From Tubiluchus corallicola (lineage: Eukaryota; Animalia; Priapulida): a DNA stretch of 64,000 nucleotides. The notes below the pieces were generated by a model that saw nothing but the letters and a program-made list of their open reading frames with translations, ran no database searches and had not been told where the DNA came from. Where the stretch lies: positions 1 through 64,000 of the forward strand of contig JAQGDQ010000446.1 of NCBI GenBank assembly GCA_030141605.1, read 5' to 3'. Position 1 is the stretch's first letter. Every line of letters starts with the position of its first letter. Below are positions 27,126 to 40,750 of the stretch, one piece after another. The translations under genes were made by a program, and so were the position numbers.

Positions 27126-27685
27126 TAGAAAGTTTTTTTACAAATTTCTTTGTTATATCCTTCTACATTTAAGTGATTATAGTAAAATAAACCCAACAAG
27201 ATACTGAGTGACTTTTCTTCCTTTGAAAAACCAATTATGTCCTCTTTCAGTATTTTATATATTAGATTGTTTTAGCCATAGTTTAAAATTGGTTGCTGTT
27301 CCCCTTTAAAGATGTCTGGTTGCTCTTTTTACAATTTTACGGTCGATGAGTGGTGGTTTGGATGGCTACAGAGCAGACACACAAGTGATTGTAATTCTAA
27401 TCCCCCCCCCAAAAAAAAACGTTTTAACTGTCCAACATGATCGAAAAAAAAATTGTTTATCTGCGCTAATATAGACAAAATGGGGCACTGCTGTTCCTTA
27501 AGAAACGGATGCTGTAAGAATTTGCATTAAAAACTACAGTACAACATTCATTTTAGTGGCATTTAGAAGCCAGCAACACACATGAGCACCTGAAAGAACA
27601 ATAACTTATTCGCAGACCACAAAACACCCGAAACGAAAACATTACTGACATTACAACCAGTGCCGTAGCTAATGGCGGATTAAGG

Positions 27686-27875
27686 CGAGCAACCACCCTC
27701 ACTGCGAGCAACCACCCCCACTGCGAAGAACCACCCTCACTGCGAGCAACCATCCCCACTGCGAGCAACCACCCTCACTGCGAGGAACCATCCCCACTGC
27801 GAAGAACCACCCTCACTGCGAGCAACAATCCCCACTGCGAGCAACCACCCCCACTGCGAGGAACCACACTCACTG
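27686..27875 (+). repeat. 19-bp minisatellite (CACTGCGAGCAACCACCCT)n, about 10 units
   Basis: Head-to-tail units with no spacers; possibly inside a CAGTGCCGTAGC...GTTACGCCTCT TIR element (~27658-28197). Confidence 0.85.
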
Positions 27876-28508
27876 AACACATTTTTCAAAACTATAACCT
27901 TTTCAACAATTTTCAAAATGCTCCATTTGTTTTCATTCTACGTTTATAATTAAGATAATTAAATAACATGGTACATTTTTTGTTGAGTTTTGATATTTAT
28001 GAGCTTATTGTAAACCTTTTTATCGTGTTTTAATTTTTTTTATTTTAAATACACAATTACAATTGCGTACTTCCTCGTGTTTTGATTTCAAACACAAAAT
28101 TAAAATGTAAAATCAACGTTAAAAAATGTCTGGTACTTGTCACTGGGCCTGTTTATGTGATTGCTCCCCTTAACATTGGAACCTGGTTACGCCTCTACTA
28201 AAACTAATTAATAACTTCTTTTTTTAAATTAAAGATTTAAAGATTAAAACTAGCTGAACCGTCAAGATCTGTTCTGATCTATCATGCTCGTGTATGATTA
28301 TTAAAGAGAGGTTTCTGCGCACTTCCGTTTAGCCTGGTATTACAGTCGTTGAAGAAGGATGCTTCCGAATTCTAATATTGATGAACCACCTTCGCTAGTT
28401 CAGTGTTTATTCTATGCAAATAAATAGATTCTGGTCCTTCCACAGACATTGCATTCAACACTTCAGCAAGCTCTACTCTTGGGTGCTGCAGTCCGACTTA
28501 CAAGGTGC

Positions 28509-29460
28509 CTACTTCTTCTGCTGTTGCTCTAAGCGTCTATTGTAGACATTGGAGCCTGTCTGTTTCCTGTCTGCAGCTAAAATTTTCAACTTCTGCGATG
28601 GTATTGTCAAGTTTGGTCTCAGCTGTTGTAAATCTTTATTAATTGCTGATATCCAAGCTGTTTTTGGCTTGTCTAGAGCTCTTTTAGCAGGTTTCAGTGC
28701 CTCGTTTAATGCTATACTGTTGATTCTGGTAATCTCATTAAATACCCTACTCAACTTAGCCTTCAGATTATGATTTTAGTGCTCCAAAGATCTTTTTGGT
28801 TCTATTATACAGCTTGCTCATTTGAAATGGTCATTTTATTTTTAAGATTTTTCTGAATAGACCTCTGCGGAACACACCATATTTCTGTTTCCTGAGTTGC
28901 AGTCAAACCTCACTGTTGTACATGAAGATAGTAGTTACATATGCATTAACCCTTTCAGTCCCAAATTATTTTTTTAATAAGAAAATTTTTTTTGGTTTGG
29001 TACTTTTGTTCAGTATGTCCATCTTGTTTACACATAATAATTATTTTTTTTCTACCTGTGCCCGCGTGCTAAATATAGCCTGTATCCCACGGGATACATT
29101 GGGATTCGATGGAAGCATAAAATGTGCTTCATTTTGCAACTGCTGATAATTTTTTATTTAGTATGTGTGTCATGCTGATCTGTACAAAGTCGTCTCTAAA
29201 GTACTGTACCTTGCACAGTTTTTTATGCTATGTAGATTTTCTAGTTTGCCATTTTATCGCCATTTTTAGTATATTGTTATTGGCTTAAATCAAAATAACT
29301 ATTAACAGATCAAATAACTCTCAGTTTTAAAATTTTGTTAATTTCAAAGGCAGAAAATATTCTCGTATCCCAAGGGATACAACGGGTATGAAAGGGTTAA
29401 AGAGTCACAGCTTTGTTTTGATGGATAGTGTCAGCCTACATAAAAACTACTATTATATTT
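28509..29460 (-). mobile_element. Degenerate LINE (RTE-like) ORF2 C-terminal fragment interrupted by a family A MITE
   Basis: ALNEALKPAKRALDKPKTAWISAINKDLQQL...LAADR resembles the G(R/K)PKxxW...DL...A.DR C-terminus of non-LTR reverse transcriptases; the extent beyond the MITE is uncertain. Confidence 0.5.
28950..29396 (-). mobile_element. piggyBac-like MITE family A, copy 4 (inverted)
   Basis: TTAA|CCCTTTCAGTCCC...GGGTATGAAAGGG|TTAA. Confidence 0.85.
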
Positions 29461-30344
29461 TTCAGTCAAAGTCACGCTACACTAAATAAAAAGCTGTATA
29501 ACTTTGACTCTGAGACGGAAATTAAATGCACTGCGGTGTCGAAATGAAATGCGTCGTAATTAGACTGCACAAAACTGTGAATTAAAGAACTTAATGGGCT
29601 CGTTTGTAAAATCCTAAACTTGTTTAGTTAAATGCAAAGTGCAGGTCATTGTCAAATGCCATATGTGGACAATGAAGTCGTGCAATTTCTATACGCAAAG
29701 TAAATATGCATTATATAACTGCAAAATTTAATGTTTGTTTTGAAATGCAGGCGAAAAAAACAGTGTCATTGGTTTTTAGCAGTAAGCTAAGCCAACGTAG
29801 CTAAATGACTAATGCGTGTCACAATGATGCATGCTTTATGGCAGCAGAGACGCCTATAGAATTAGTTTTTATTCTTTGTAATCATTAACAGGCTTCAAAC
29901 CAGTTGGACAGAAAAGTCACCGCGACATTTGGTTTAAAGTTTTTAGATTATAGTAGAATGAGTTCAGATAAAACTATATACTGTAAAAAAGTACAAAAAT
30001 TGTACAAAAATACAAAAAACAATCATGTATTATACAAGAAACAATATTGTACCACTTGTATGCAGTACAATTACAGAAACAACATTGTTTCTTCTATACT
30101 CAAATGATAGTTTTTATTTTTGCACGTTTTTATAGTAAGCTTGTTTAAGTACTGGTAACCACGGGTTAACTCGTACATTACCAGATCTTGTTTCTGTTAC
30201 ATATTATTTTATACTCAAACTAACGTTTGACTGTGAATTAAACGGGTTGGTTCTGTGTGACTTAAGAATAAAGTGCATCAGTTTCTCAGCCAACGATTTC
30301 AACGCTATAATAGTAAATAAACGGAAATTTGACTGCAAGAAAAA

Positions 30345-31340
30345 ATGGAACAGTATCTAAGCAGAACCGATGTCAACGCTAGTTATAACGAAAGACAAAA
30401 ACACAACATCAGCAAAGATGGTGAAGTGTTCAGTGACATAAACCACGAGCTCACGTGTGCCATTTACTTCAATATAACTTTCTACAGCATCGCTTTAATT
30501 GCCATATTTCTCAACGTTCTAGTCGTCATCGCAATTGCAAAGTACAAGTACCTGCAAAACAATGGCAACTTGTTACTACTTCAAATGGCAATGGCAGACC
30601 TTCTTTACGGCGTCAATATTCTTACATTCTGTGATGTGTATTTGGCTCAAATTACAAGATATCAGAGCATTTCAAAAGAAAAATGCATTGCAAGCATCGT
30701 GATGTCACATATTCTTGGAACAGAATCGATAACGATACTTATCCTGATCACAAGCGAACGCTACTTTGCTATAATACATCCTTTCGCTCATAAACGTGTG
30801 CTGAAAACATGGCACATATCGCTGGCCACATTGATTAGCTGGTTGTGGTCTTTGTTTGCAGGAATACTCATAGTGTTTAGAAATGATTGGATAAATTCTA
30901 ATCTATACTGCTCGTATTTCAAAATAATTCGCCACAACTATAACATCTGTCTACACTCGTTCACTTTGATCACTGTTATCCTACTTGTGGTAGCTTACAC
31001 TCGAATTTTGTCAGTAGCACGACGCCATCTTAGACAAATGCAGCCGACGTCATCACGAAGGTCCTCAATGTTGCAAGACATTAAAATAACGAAAACCATG
31101 TTTGCTGTAGTTGGCGCGTTCCTGATTTGTTGGCTACCACTGAATATAGTTACTATGCTTCACATGGAATTCAATGAAATTCGAGGGCAGTTATATGTGC
31201 AAACGTTTACCTATATAATGACAGCATTAAGCTCAATGATAAATCCAATAATTTATGCATGGAATAATGGAGTTTTCAGAAAGGCGTTTTCGTATATTCT
31301 ACTATGCAAAGTTGGTAACCCTGCATTTGCAGACGTTTAA
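30345..31340 (+). CDS. Intronless class A (rhodopsin-like) orphan GPCR 1, 331 aa
   Basis: 7 hydrophobic segments; N-glycosylation sequons; TM1 LN, TM2 MAMADL, TM3 Cys and ERY, TM4 W, TM6 FLICWLP, TM7 NPIIY, helix 8 FRKAF. Confidence 0.95.
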   Translation: MEQYLSRTDVNASYNERQKHNISKDGEVFSDINHELTCAIYFNITFYSIALIAIFLNVLVVIAIAKYKYLQNNGNLLLLQMAMADLLYGVNILTFCDVYLAQITRYQSISKEKCIASIVMSHILGTESITILILITSERYFAIIHPFAHKRVLKTWHISLATLISWLWSLFAGILIVFRNDWINSNLYCSYFKIIRHNYNICLHSFTLITVILLVVAYTRILSVARRHLRQMQPTSSRRSSMLQDIKITKTMFAVVGAFLICWLPLNIVTMLHMEFNEIRGQLYVQTFTYIMTALSSMINPIIYAWNNGVFRKAFSYILLCKVGNPAFADV

Positions 31341-32977
31341 AGCCTTAACAACAGTTTGACCTATGAATTATTTATTGCCTCAACTCAGCCAGAGCAAAAT
31401 ATTATACGCGAAAAAGAGCAGTTCATCTACTGTGAACGAGCCTGTTTGTTTAAGCCATGCGCAAAGCAATCTTTTCAGCACAGTATAATCAAAGAAACTT
31501 TCTGAAAAAAACCATTAAAGAAAAAATCGTTTTTGATCCAATGAAGCAGAGAAAACGAGAAAATGCATTTGTTCTTAAAGTCGTTCTTAAAGTTAGTTGC
31601 AAAACAGCTTAATCAAGTTATCTTAATTTTACATACTATTAACAAAGAAAAGTCTTTCTATCTTTTATATCATCCCATTTATGAGCTTCATTCATTACAT
31701 TTTCAGATTATTTCCATTACTTTTTTCCTATCACTGTGTGGGACAATCTAACAAGCCCTGCTTTTTGATTGCCCGCAACACATTTACCTTCGTATATAGG
31801 TGAACAGTGTTTGAGGCTTTTCCTGTGCAGTATTTCTTATTTGTATTACATCCATTGTAGGCCCTTTCACTAGATATTGTATATGTAACCATTGCAAATG
31901 TGTAAGGTGAAATAAATGACTTATGACTTATGTATACATTTAGTATATGAACATTGAACTCATTACCTGTTGCTGTTATTAAAGTAAAAAAAAAGTATAA
32001 AAGTATAATAAAGTATAGTAAAAGTAATAGTATAGTATAGTATAGTGTGGTATAGTATAGTATAGTATAAGTAAAGTATAGTATAGTAAGCTTTATAAAG
32101 TATTCCATCAATTATTCCATCAAATAAAGCATCTTTTTAACAGTAGACTTGAGCTACATCTGGCCAAAGCAAGTTAATGGTCAGTAATGGACATTAAAAG
32201 AACGCAAACTCATTCTAACAGTGTCCCTACATGTGTTATGATGTCCATGTTTGCATTGATATATATTATGCACACAACAAGCAATTGTAGCAAGCATAAG
32301 TACAATACCCTGGCAGCTGAACAGAATTTTATAGAAAAAAGTGCAAACGCAGAGGCTCGGTCAAACCAAGTATCGTATACCGTATAACTAAGTGGGACAA
32401 AGAGTGTACATTTTCAGTTGGAGTAATACGTTTGTGGTTAGAAAAATAATTTTAACTATTACTATAACTAATACAATATAACTAATACAACTAGTACAGT
32501 CGAGTACGGCGGCTGTGAAATGGCACGGAAATACATTGAAACAATAACAAAGCCAATTCTGGCTGGACTTCGCAAACGACCTCTAATTCTGTTAAAATAG
32601 AGAATTAACTTGAACTTACAGATTACAGAGAACATTTGTTATAATACTAAAGCTGATAATTTCAATGAAAGTTTTATTAATGTGAAGAATTAAAAACAAA
32701 CAAGCGAATTTACTGAGCAATCATAGTAAATAACCAGAAAATAGCCGACATCCTCCAAGTGGGCTCGTTGTTGGTTTGAGTAGCCTTGCGATTTGCACCA
32801 ATTGTGCCTTCGAACTGTTCCTTGCACCATATCTTTCCACGTGCAAGGCTGGAACGCTTGGATTACAACGTTCATGATGACATTTTGTCACACAAAGAAC
32901 GAGAATCTTTTCTCCCTGTGAAACGACAAGCGCTTGTTCGAAATATTTCAGTTCTACGTATTCGTTACAAGTGCATT

Positions 32978-35484
32978 ATGAGCAAAATAGACGTCACTCC
33001 TGCAAAGGACTTTGATAGGAAAACAGAGGCTGCTGAAAATTCTGAGGACAATACATTATATCGAGCAATCCAGCCACTGATATGGGGAATGAGAATTTTT
33101 GCAATGTGGCCAGTCAAAGAAGAATCAACAAGCCGTCAAAAGAAAATGTCTCGATGCCATGTATGGCTTGTCTACACAATTGTCATGTTTCCCATTATAA
33201 CAGTAATCACTCTGATTATGCATGGAATACAATTGTCAATGCTTTCCAAAATTGGTGGAAATAAATTTTTGTTTGCGGTGGCAGTTAGTCAACTTAGTCA
33301 ACAGTTCGTCACTAGAGCTTTTTTCTTTTACAAGAGGCATGAATTGGCGAAGTTTCATCGCGTCTGGCAAACGTTACTAAGAAACGATCCAAATGAAGCT
33401 TTTGGCAAACCATCCAGTAATTGCCAACGGTTAGCTAGAAGAGAGGCAATTAAAGGAGTTGTTGTTGCAGCCGTGTGTGGGACACTTTCAGCCACTCTAT
33501 TTTTGCTTTCTAGTTATTTTCAGAATAGCGATACGTCATCAACAAATATGGCCAACACAACCACAACTGAGAATTTGGTAAACAATATCCCATTACTTGC
33601 TGCAATGTCGATTGTTTCGGCTGTGACAGTTACTCTACCAATAATGTTGATCAGCACACTATGTAAGGTCATGGCAAATGAACTGGACGCCATAGCACAA
33701 AACTTTAAACAAATATCAGGAAACTTCTTTCAGATGTACGTCTCAGTAATCGAAGAAAAACAGGGAGAGTTAAGAGAGGATTACAGCAATCAAGAAGTCG
33801 AAACAAGAAAGAGTAAGGCGTGCCTTTATGTTGATTCACTGCGAAGGAGGCACCAGTATGTGACTGTCATAATAACTGAAACTGATGAACTATTCTCATT
33901 GTACGTATTGTTTTTTCACATATCCTCATTGATTATACTTGCTGTGGAGTTATACATGATGATTACCAGATTTGAAGCCCAATTCACAAACAAGGCACTT
34001 GGTAACATGTGTAGATTACTTGCATGGATTGTTGTTGAAGCAGTTAACCTATTCATGCTGTCGACGTCAGCAGCTAACCTTAACGAGACAGCGCATGCTC
34101 CGTTTCAATCAGTTTTCAACCTCTCATCGTCAAATCTACCATCAGATGAAAAACTGGAGGTAAATTTTCAAAGTGGTTATTTATGATCGAAATCTTCTGC
34201 AAAACATTAATGATCCATCGGTCTGAGTGCTAATTTTTACTGTTCGGTCAAGCTTGTGAGACATCAGCTTTCAACATTCTTGGAGGGACAAACTATGTCG
34301 GGAAAGAAAACAAATAGTTTTACAAATTATCAACAGTCGGAAGAGGTTAAATAAAACTTTTACAACTTACATCACAATATTGCAATTACTGAAAAGAAAA
34401 TATTTGACGCTAAGAATGAACATTTTCAAAAGAAAACAAAAAGGCAAGAGACCTAAAAATGCAATCAAAAGATACTTGGAGATGTAAACCTGAATAATAC
34501 ACATAATGCCATAAACCTTTACAGTTTTCTTCTATGAAAGTGCAATAAGTTATGCTTAATTTGTTTTATATGCTTTTTTCTGGATAGATGCTGCTGTTTG
34601 CCACAAAACTATCTGGCCAAAGCATTGGACTTACTGGTTACAAGTTCTTCACAATCAACAGACAGTTTTTAGCAACAGTAAGTAAAGATATTGTACTACA
34701 GGGCTGTGGTAAAATGAAATGTAAAACTGGCAGGGGAATACAGTAGATTTCTCAGGTGTGCATGTGAACGTGGCTTTATCTAGCAAAGACTCGTATTCTG
34801 ACCTTGTGTTAGTAAAGGCCACTAGTCACGTGCACACCTGAGCTTATAAAAAGGAATAGTCTGCTGCAGACCTTGGTCAGTGGTCGTGTCTTTCATTGCA
34901 GCTCTGTTCACATTTCACAGGCTTTGCCGCAAACTCCGTTCTTCTAGGTAAGCTGTTTGTTCCTTATTGGGGGTGTAATATTTAGTAATAAATAGCCATT
35001 TCGACTCTATTGGGACATGCCGCACGGTGTTGGGCGCGGTGCCATCCGTCCTGCCTCCGTTAAAAGCGGACAGCAGTCCAATATAAATAACTTGTATTTT
35101 CAAAGCATCTTTCATTCTGCTCACTGTTTTCTTTTTGATCTGCCTACTAATAAGCAACAATTTTTTACAATACATACTAGTGCAAATTGCACAATTACAG
35201 TGCTTCACAAATTTTACAGTACTGTCTATGTTTACTGGCTTAAAATCAATATCTTTTGCATTTTGATAAGAATAAATACCTGTCTGTAACCATGTTCTTT
35301 CAGTAAATTATAATAATATTATAATTTGATAAGCTGATAAATAAGGACATAAATAACCGTCTGTTTCTTGACAGTAACTTATCTATTTCAGATTACTGGA
35401 GCTTTTGTTACATATTTTGTGCTTCTGGTGCAGTTTAAACCAGATGCATGGCAGCATTTGAATCAAATGAACTCTGAAAGCTAA
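32978..35484 (+). CDS. Gustatory receptor/GRL-family 7TM ion channel 1, ~454 aa; exons 32978-34159, 34588-34677, 35392-35484
   Basis: A large first exon ends KLE|GTAAAT. A 90-nt exon (MLLFATKLSGQSIGLTGYKFFTINRQFLAT) and a last exon (ITGAFVTYFVLLVQFKPDAW...) follow, the latter with the TYxxxxxQF motif. Both introns are phase 0; LRRRH motif before TM5. Confidence 0.92.
34689..35083 (+). mobile_element. Family E LTR-like repeat, copy 2, in GR1 intron 2
   Basis: Similar to 5588-5979; TATTG...CAATA ends; begins 11 bp after the splice donor. Confidence 0.6.
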
Positions 35485-35786
35485 TTAACACGAATGGAAT
35501 TGATATCTTACAAGGTGTGCTTGATGTTTATAATAGTTCTTTATTTAATCTTGGAACACAATACAACATTATTCACAAACAAAGCTTTAAAAAATTTGCC
35601 TTGAAATTAGCAGTAATGCTATGTAAAACTTGTTAATTCAAGCTCCTACGTTGGGCGCAGCCATTTAGACGGTAAGTCGTCTGAAACAAGTTTAGATAAC
35701 ATTGCGTAAAGTTTGAAAAGAACTAAGAACATTCATAGCATACTCTTCGTTAACTCAGCTAAAGCATAAATCAGTGTTGTAAGGAG

Positions 35787-36150
35787 CTATAATAGGTATC
35801 TTAAAACATAATCTTTAAATGAGTTCTTAACCTTTAATTTTACATTTTCGTTTAGATCTACAGTACAACCATATTTAAATCTTAAATTTACTTGACTGTT
35901 ATTTACATAGTAGCATAGCTTTGGAATTCTCAATGTGCAAGAGTTTACAATTTTTCTCACAAAGTTTAATTTTCGACTATCTATTAAATAATTCGCAGGC
36001 GTTGTGCCACAAAAATACATTAACAATTTGACGCTTTCATTTTGTCTAAAACTGAATATTTTTCTATAAGCAGTGTTCCATTTTACCCTAATGGCATTAA
36101 CTTCATTGTTTGATATACCCCCAATTTCGCATCCCTATAACAAAATGAAC
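35787..36150 (-). mobile_element. Degenerate LINE ORF2 3' fragment
   Basis: Minus strand reads GCEIGGISNNEVNAIRVKWNTAYRKIFSFRQNESVKLLMYFCG..., resembling the YGCE...WN...RKI region downstream of non-LTR RT domains. Confidence 0.6.
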
Positions 36151-37113
36151 TGTGTTATTGTCAGTGAGATAAATGATGTGCTTTTTGTGAATCAGTAGTG
36201 CACATCGGGATGGCGATGCATTGCCATTTGACCAGGTGGCGCGAATATTTTAAATTTTGAAGAATTTTCTTTTCTAATAACATGTATTTTAAACAAGTAA
36301 GCGTAATGCTAAATAATATAGCTTTTTGAGGAAGGTTTTTTGGGGCACACCCAAAAATTAAATTTTCTTTCCCCTTTTAATCGGCTTAAAATAGGTTTAC
36401 GTTCTGTGTTGAATCAGTGTAGCATAAGCCTTTTCATAGTTCAGCGATTGATGGTGATCATAAAAAGGTCAAAGGTCAAGGTCAAAGTATAAAGGTACGC
36501 ATTTGTGTTCACTTGACAACGTCTCGCAGCGCATGCTATTGTAAAACTGACTAAGAAAAGGGACGAATGCTAGCTAGACAACCTTACCTAGTTCATTTTT
36601 CTTGTTCCCAAGCAGGATCCCACGCAGACTAATGCATAATTAAGTAAAGTCCGCATAAAACAACTAAACTTACTGAACTGTGTTTTGCCTTTACCACTGT
36701 CAAGAGACGGTTGTAGCGAAGACTAAAACGCTTTGCTGTGGTACACTTTGGCCTACAGCAACTGCGCATGCGCACAAAACGAAACCGTGAAAAGGCTTAT
36801 TTGGCTGTTTATATTTATTCTTAAAGGTTGAACTACTAACCTCTTTTTATCAGCACTTTTGAGCAGTTACTGTTTTTGTTACTGTCAGTCTGTCATACAA
36901 GTCTAATTTGCAATCCCGCTACTTTCTTGCTGAATTATTACTCTTATTATTATTATTTACTACTGTAACTATTCTTATATCATCAACTATAATCCAATAT
37001 GTATCATAATGTATGAAGTGTGAACTTATGACTCGTATTTTGTCATCATATTTCAGCATTACTATCAACTGCGTAACATAGATATATTGTAGTAACAGTT
37101 TGACTGTATATTT

Positions 37114-37621
37114 CAGGGGTGTGCAGATTATCTGACTAGCCGGGCCACATTAAACTTTCCCACAATTCCTGCGTGCCACAGGCAGTTTGATCAAGGAGCC
37201 AAGTACAGAAAGGCCTAATAATGATTTTTTTGCATCCGACCTGCGTACATCATTACTACTATACTCAAGAAACTATTTTAGTTATTAAAATTTATATTAC
37301 AAGCCATATATTTCTACTTTCAGGACAGACAGTGGTAATTTCATTACAATGCATATTAGTATGGTAATTTCATTACAATGCATATTAGTAATGTGTATCA
37401 CACAGTCTGTGTAGTACAGTGACATTAAGCTACAACTGTCTTGTAAGGGTTAATGGCATCCGGTCTAGTAGAAAAAACTACCTGCACTATCTTTGGGATC
37501 GTGGCACGGACTTCAGCTGGATACACTCAATTAATCGCCCGGGCTGCACTTTCATTAGGTTGACAAATCTCTTCGCGGGCCGCACAAATTTTCTCGGCGG
37601 GCCGCAATTTGCACACCCCTG
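37114..37621 (-). mobile_element. hAT-like MITE family B, copy 2 (inverted)
   Basis: CAGGGGTGTGCA...TGCACACCCCTG with perfect 8-bp TSD GTATATTT. Confidence 0.9.
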
Positions 37622-38929
37622 GTATATTTACTAGTTACATGTTTCTATTTATAGTTACCATGCTAAGTTATGCTTATAAGAGGCAAACTAATTGCCGCTA
37701 TTTATCTTCATCATAATATATTTTATTTGTTGAAAAAAAATATTATTGTTGTTTTTGTTAAAATTCGTCTTTATTTTAAAACACAGTCCATTTTAATAAA
37801 AATATTACAATCAAGCAACAATTTGAAAAAAAGGTGAACAGAAAGAAACGAATTTGCCTATCAATAAATAATTGACATTAAAATTTAATTGAGAATGCAT
37901 TTCATAATTTTCATAAAAAATTATCGCAGATATGACGCCAATTAGGCACAAATATGGACAAAGGGACCTTTCTGTGCTGAAGCTGTACGTCAATAGCCGC
38001 ACGGCTGATTTCTACTACAAGGCCTCTCTGTTTTAATCTATTTTGGGGTTTCTCGCCTGCATGTAACCTTATAAACAGATCTGTTTCGTCATGAAGCCAG
38101 TCGCGTTGCTGTTCTCTCGTTGTTCCTGCATCAATTTTTAGTAACATTATGTTTTGTGACGTCTCGATGGAATATCTTAACTTTTACAATAAAGCCAATT
38201 CTATAGCAATACTGCAAGGAGTCCTAAATAACATATTCACAAAGAGGCTCCTACGGCAAGGATAAATGGAGTTCGAGACAACATAACCAGTAATGGCAGG
38301 AAAAACAGTAAGCGAGTAGTCCAATGCTTCACATTCCGTACTACTTCATTATCTTTCCCAAAGGCTTTTAAAGTTTTCATTTTGGCGCAATTTCTATTAC
38401 TTCACATTTTTACCATAAAGCATAAGACCCATTCACTTGTTCCTCCTGAAATCCTGCTCGTAATCTCCTTTACTCTGTATTTAGGTGTTTATTAAACTTT
38501 GCTAAATCAGAGCATTTTACTTGTATTATGATAAAACTGTCACTGTTACACCTGACAGATAAAATAAACAATGAAAACAGCAAACAGTGCATAGTGTGCC
38601 TTTATATGCCTTTATGCGGAAAATGAATAGTGTGCCACTATTATTTTTAAAATCTGTATTCATCTCATATTTCTGAGATTGTTGTTAGACGAAATGTAGT
38701 AAAAACCTTTTTCTTCAAACGCAAAACGTCTACTCTTTCTTCTCTTAATCAACATGATAAGAATGAAAGTTGAATAGCAACCCTGCCTATGTACGTTGTC
38801 ATACTACGTTGTCATGTACGTTGTTTGAAGGCAACCATTTCAGAAAATTGTGTGGTTAGAATTCAGTGCATTACTTGATACCGAGCTATCTATAGTGGCA
38901 TAGTTTTTTAAGAAAACGTTTGAACGATC

Positions 38930-39877
38930 ATGTCGCTTAACGAAAGTGTTGTCAATACTACTACAAATTCTACATCTAGTACACATTCTACGTCAGGTTA
39001 CGCATCCAAAATACTTTTCTTAACGCTACATCATTTTCTGGCATTCAGTATAGTACTTCTCAATGGATTTGTAATCACTACTATTCTTAGATATCGACAT
39101 CTTCAAACTATAAGCAACTGGTTCATCTGCCAATTGTCAATAAGTGATCTACTTATGGGGGTGATGTTGCACCTTATGGAGTTCGTGTTATTCACTTGGT
39201 ATTCACCACTTACTTTAGCCAAACGTTGCGTAGGCATATTTGCCACATTTCAAACATTAAGTTTACAGTCAATGATAATGCTAATGGTCGTAACTGTTGA
39301 TCGCTACGTAGTAATTATATACCCACTCCGCTATTACACACTTATGAAACCTTTGAGAGTAAAAATTATTATAGCTGCCACCTGGATTTGGTCTGTAACT
39401 ATGAGTATGTTTATGATTTATAAAAATCGTTCAGAACAATATCCACAAAATTGCAATTATTTTGAACTTATAAACACTCATGTTCAATATATTATGAGTG
39501 GATACTTTTTATTTACCATCTCAGTAATGTTGATCGCTTACGTGAAAATCTTTGCAGCAGCAGCACGTCATGCAAGACAGATAAACGTTCCGTCACAGCA
39601 AAATGCCACATTCTTGCAAAACGTGAAACAGGCAAAAATGATGTTTTTCATTGTAGGTTCTTTTGTGGTGTGCTACATGCCTATATATGTACTCAGCATT
39701 TTAACTGCTCATACAGACTACAAGCTCAGTGATGTTGTGGAATTCATCACATTTATCATGCTATACATCAATTCACTAGCGAATCCTTTAGTTTACTCAT
39801 GGAGGATCAAAGGCATGAGACAAGCGATTCACCACATGTTATGCTGCAAGCCAAGAAACTCCATTTCTGTAGAATAA
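38930..39877 (+). CDS. Intronless class A orphan GPCR 2, 315 aa
   Basis: 7TM; LSISDL, DRY..I.YPLRY, CYMP, NSLANPLVY; N-terminal sequons. Confidence 0.95.
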   Translation: MSLNESVVNTTTNSTSSTHSTSGYASKILFLTLHHFLAFSIVLLNGFVITTILRYRHLQTISNWFICQLSISDLLMGVMLHLMEFVLFTWYSPLTLAKRCVGIFATFQTLSLQSMIMLMVVTVDRYVVIIYPLRYYTLMKPLRVKIIIAATWIWSVTMSMFMIYKNRSEQYPQNCNYFELINTHVQYIMSGYFLFTISVMLIAYVKIFAAAARHARQINVPSQQNATFLQNVKQAKMMFFIVGSFVVCYMPIYVLSILTAHTDYKLSDVVEFITFIMLYINSLANPLVYSWRIKGMRQAIHHMLCCKPRNSISVE

Positions 39878-40079
39878 ACTATGAATACCAACTAAAGAAA
39901 CATAGCAACATCTATATGACTGTATGGTTATAACTACAAAACTTTCAGTGTATATTTTTTTCTTATTTGATGATTTAGATTAGTATGAACTATAGTATGA
40001 ATATACTTAATTGCACTTTGACTCTTTATCATTGCTAAACAATGGTGTGTATGGCAAATTGTTGTTTCATTAGAATACT

Positions 40080-40750
40080 TGCTTTTCATGCTTAAAGAAT
40101 AATTTGTAATTTATCGCTTGCTCTTGCTTTTGATTTTGTTTCTTTTTCTTTTTCTTTTGTTTTTGCCAGTTGTTATATTACCATGCACAAACCAAGCTGT
40201 TTGTAGTGACATATTAGGGTGTGTTATTTTAGTTTGATTTGCTCACTGTGTGCTTATTTCAGCTCTACAGCTACTATTATTTTATGCTCAGTTGGTTCGA
40301 CAATTTATGCCTTCAGTGCTTATTTCAGTTTTTTTCCCAGTGCTTATTTATGCTCATTTCATCACTGTTATAATTATTATTCTTTATTGTTACTTTATGC
40401 TCATCGAATTCTGAGGGTTTTTGTTTGTTTCTTAATCTGTTTTGTTTAATTTGCAAAAGAGTTGCGTCTGTTGCTTTATGTTTTTTTTACTTTTATATAT
40501 TGTTTTGCTACTTAAATCTAGTTTGTGTCCTAGTTTGGTTCATATATTCGTCATCGTTTTTTTTCATTATCATATATTTTCAGTTTGGCCGGATTTTCTT
40601 CTATTAACATTAACTAGAATGGTGGCTGATCCGTTAACATTTATGTTCTCCACCCTTTCTCTAAACTGCTAACAAGTTATTATGTTTATGTACTTGATGT
40701 CATTGTGTCTTACTAGAGATACACAATTTTTTCTGAATCTGAATCTGAAT
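40080..40750 (+). mobile_element. Probable LINE 3' UTR insertion ending in (TCTGAA)3
   Basis: T-rich segment absent from the paralogous GPCR3 flank, with a short tandem-repeat tail. Confidence 0.4.

Noticed and set aside
26705-27650. Helitron 3' end (minus-strand GCGGGGCCTTTGCTAG|T)
   Set aside because: No convincing subterminal hairpin or 5' TC end identified; left uncalled
32786-32977. N-terminal extension of the GR1 ORF from a TTG start (similarly 41634, 45116, 61564)
   Set aside because: Non-ATG starts; paralog alignment places the true start at the downstream ATG; an acceptor AG near 32951 suggests a 5' UTR intron
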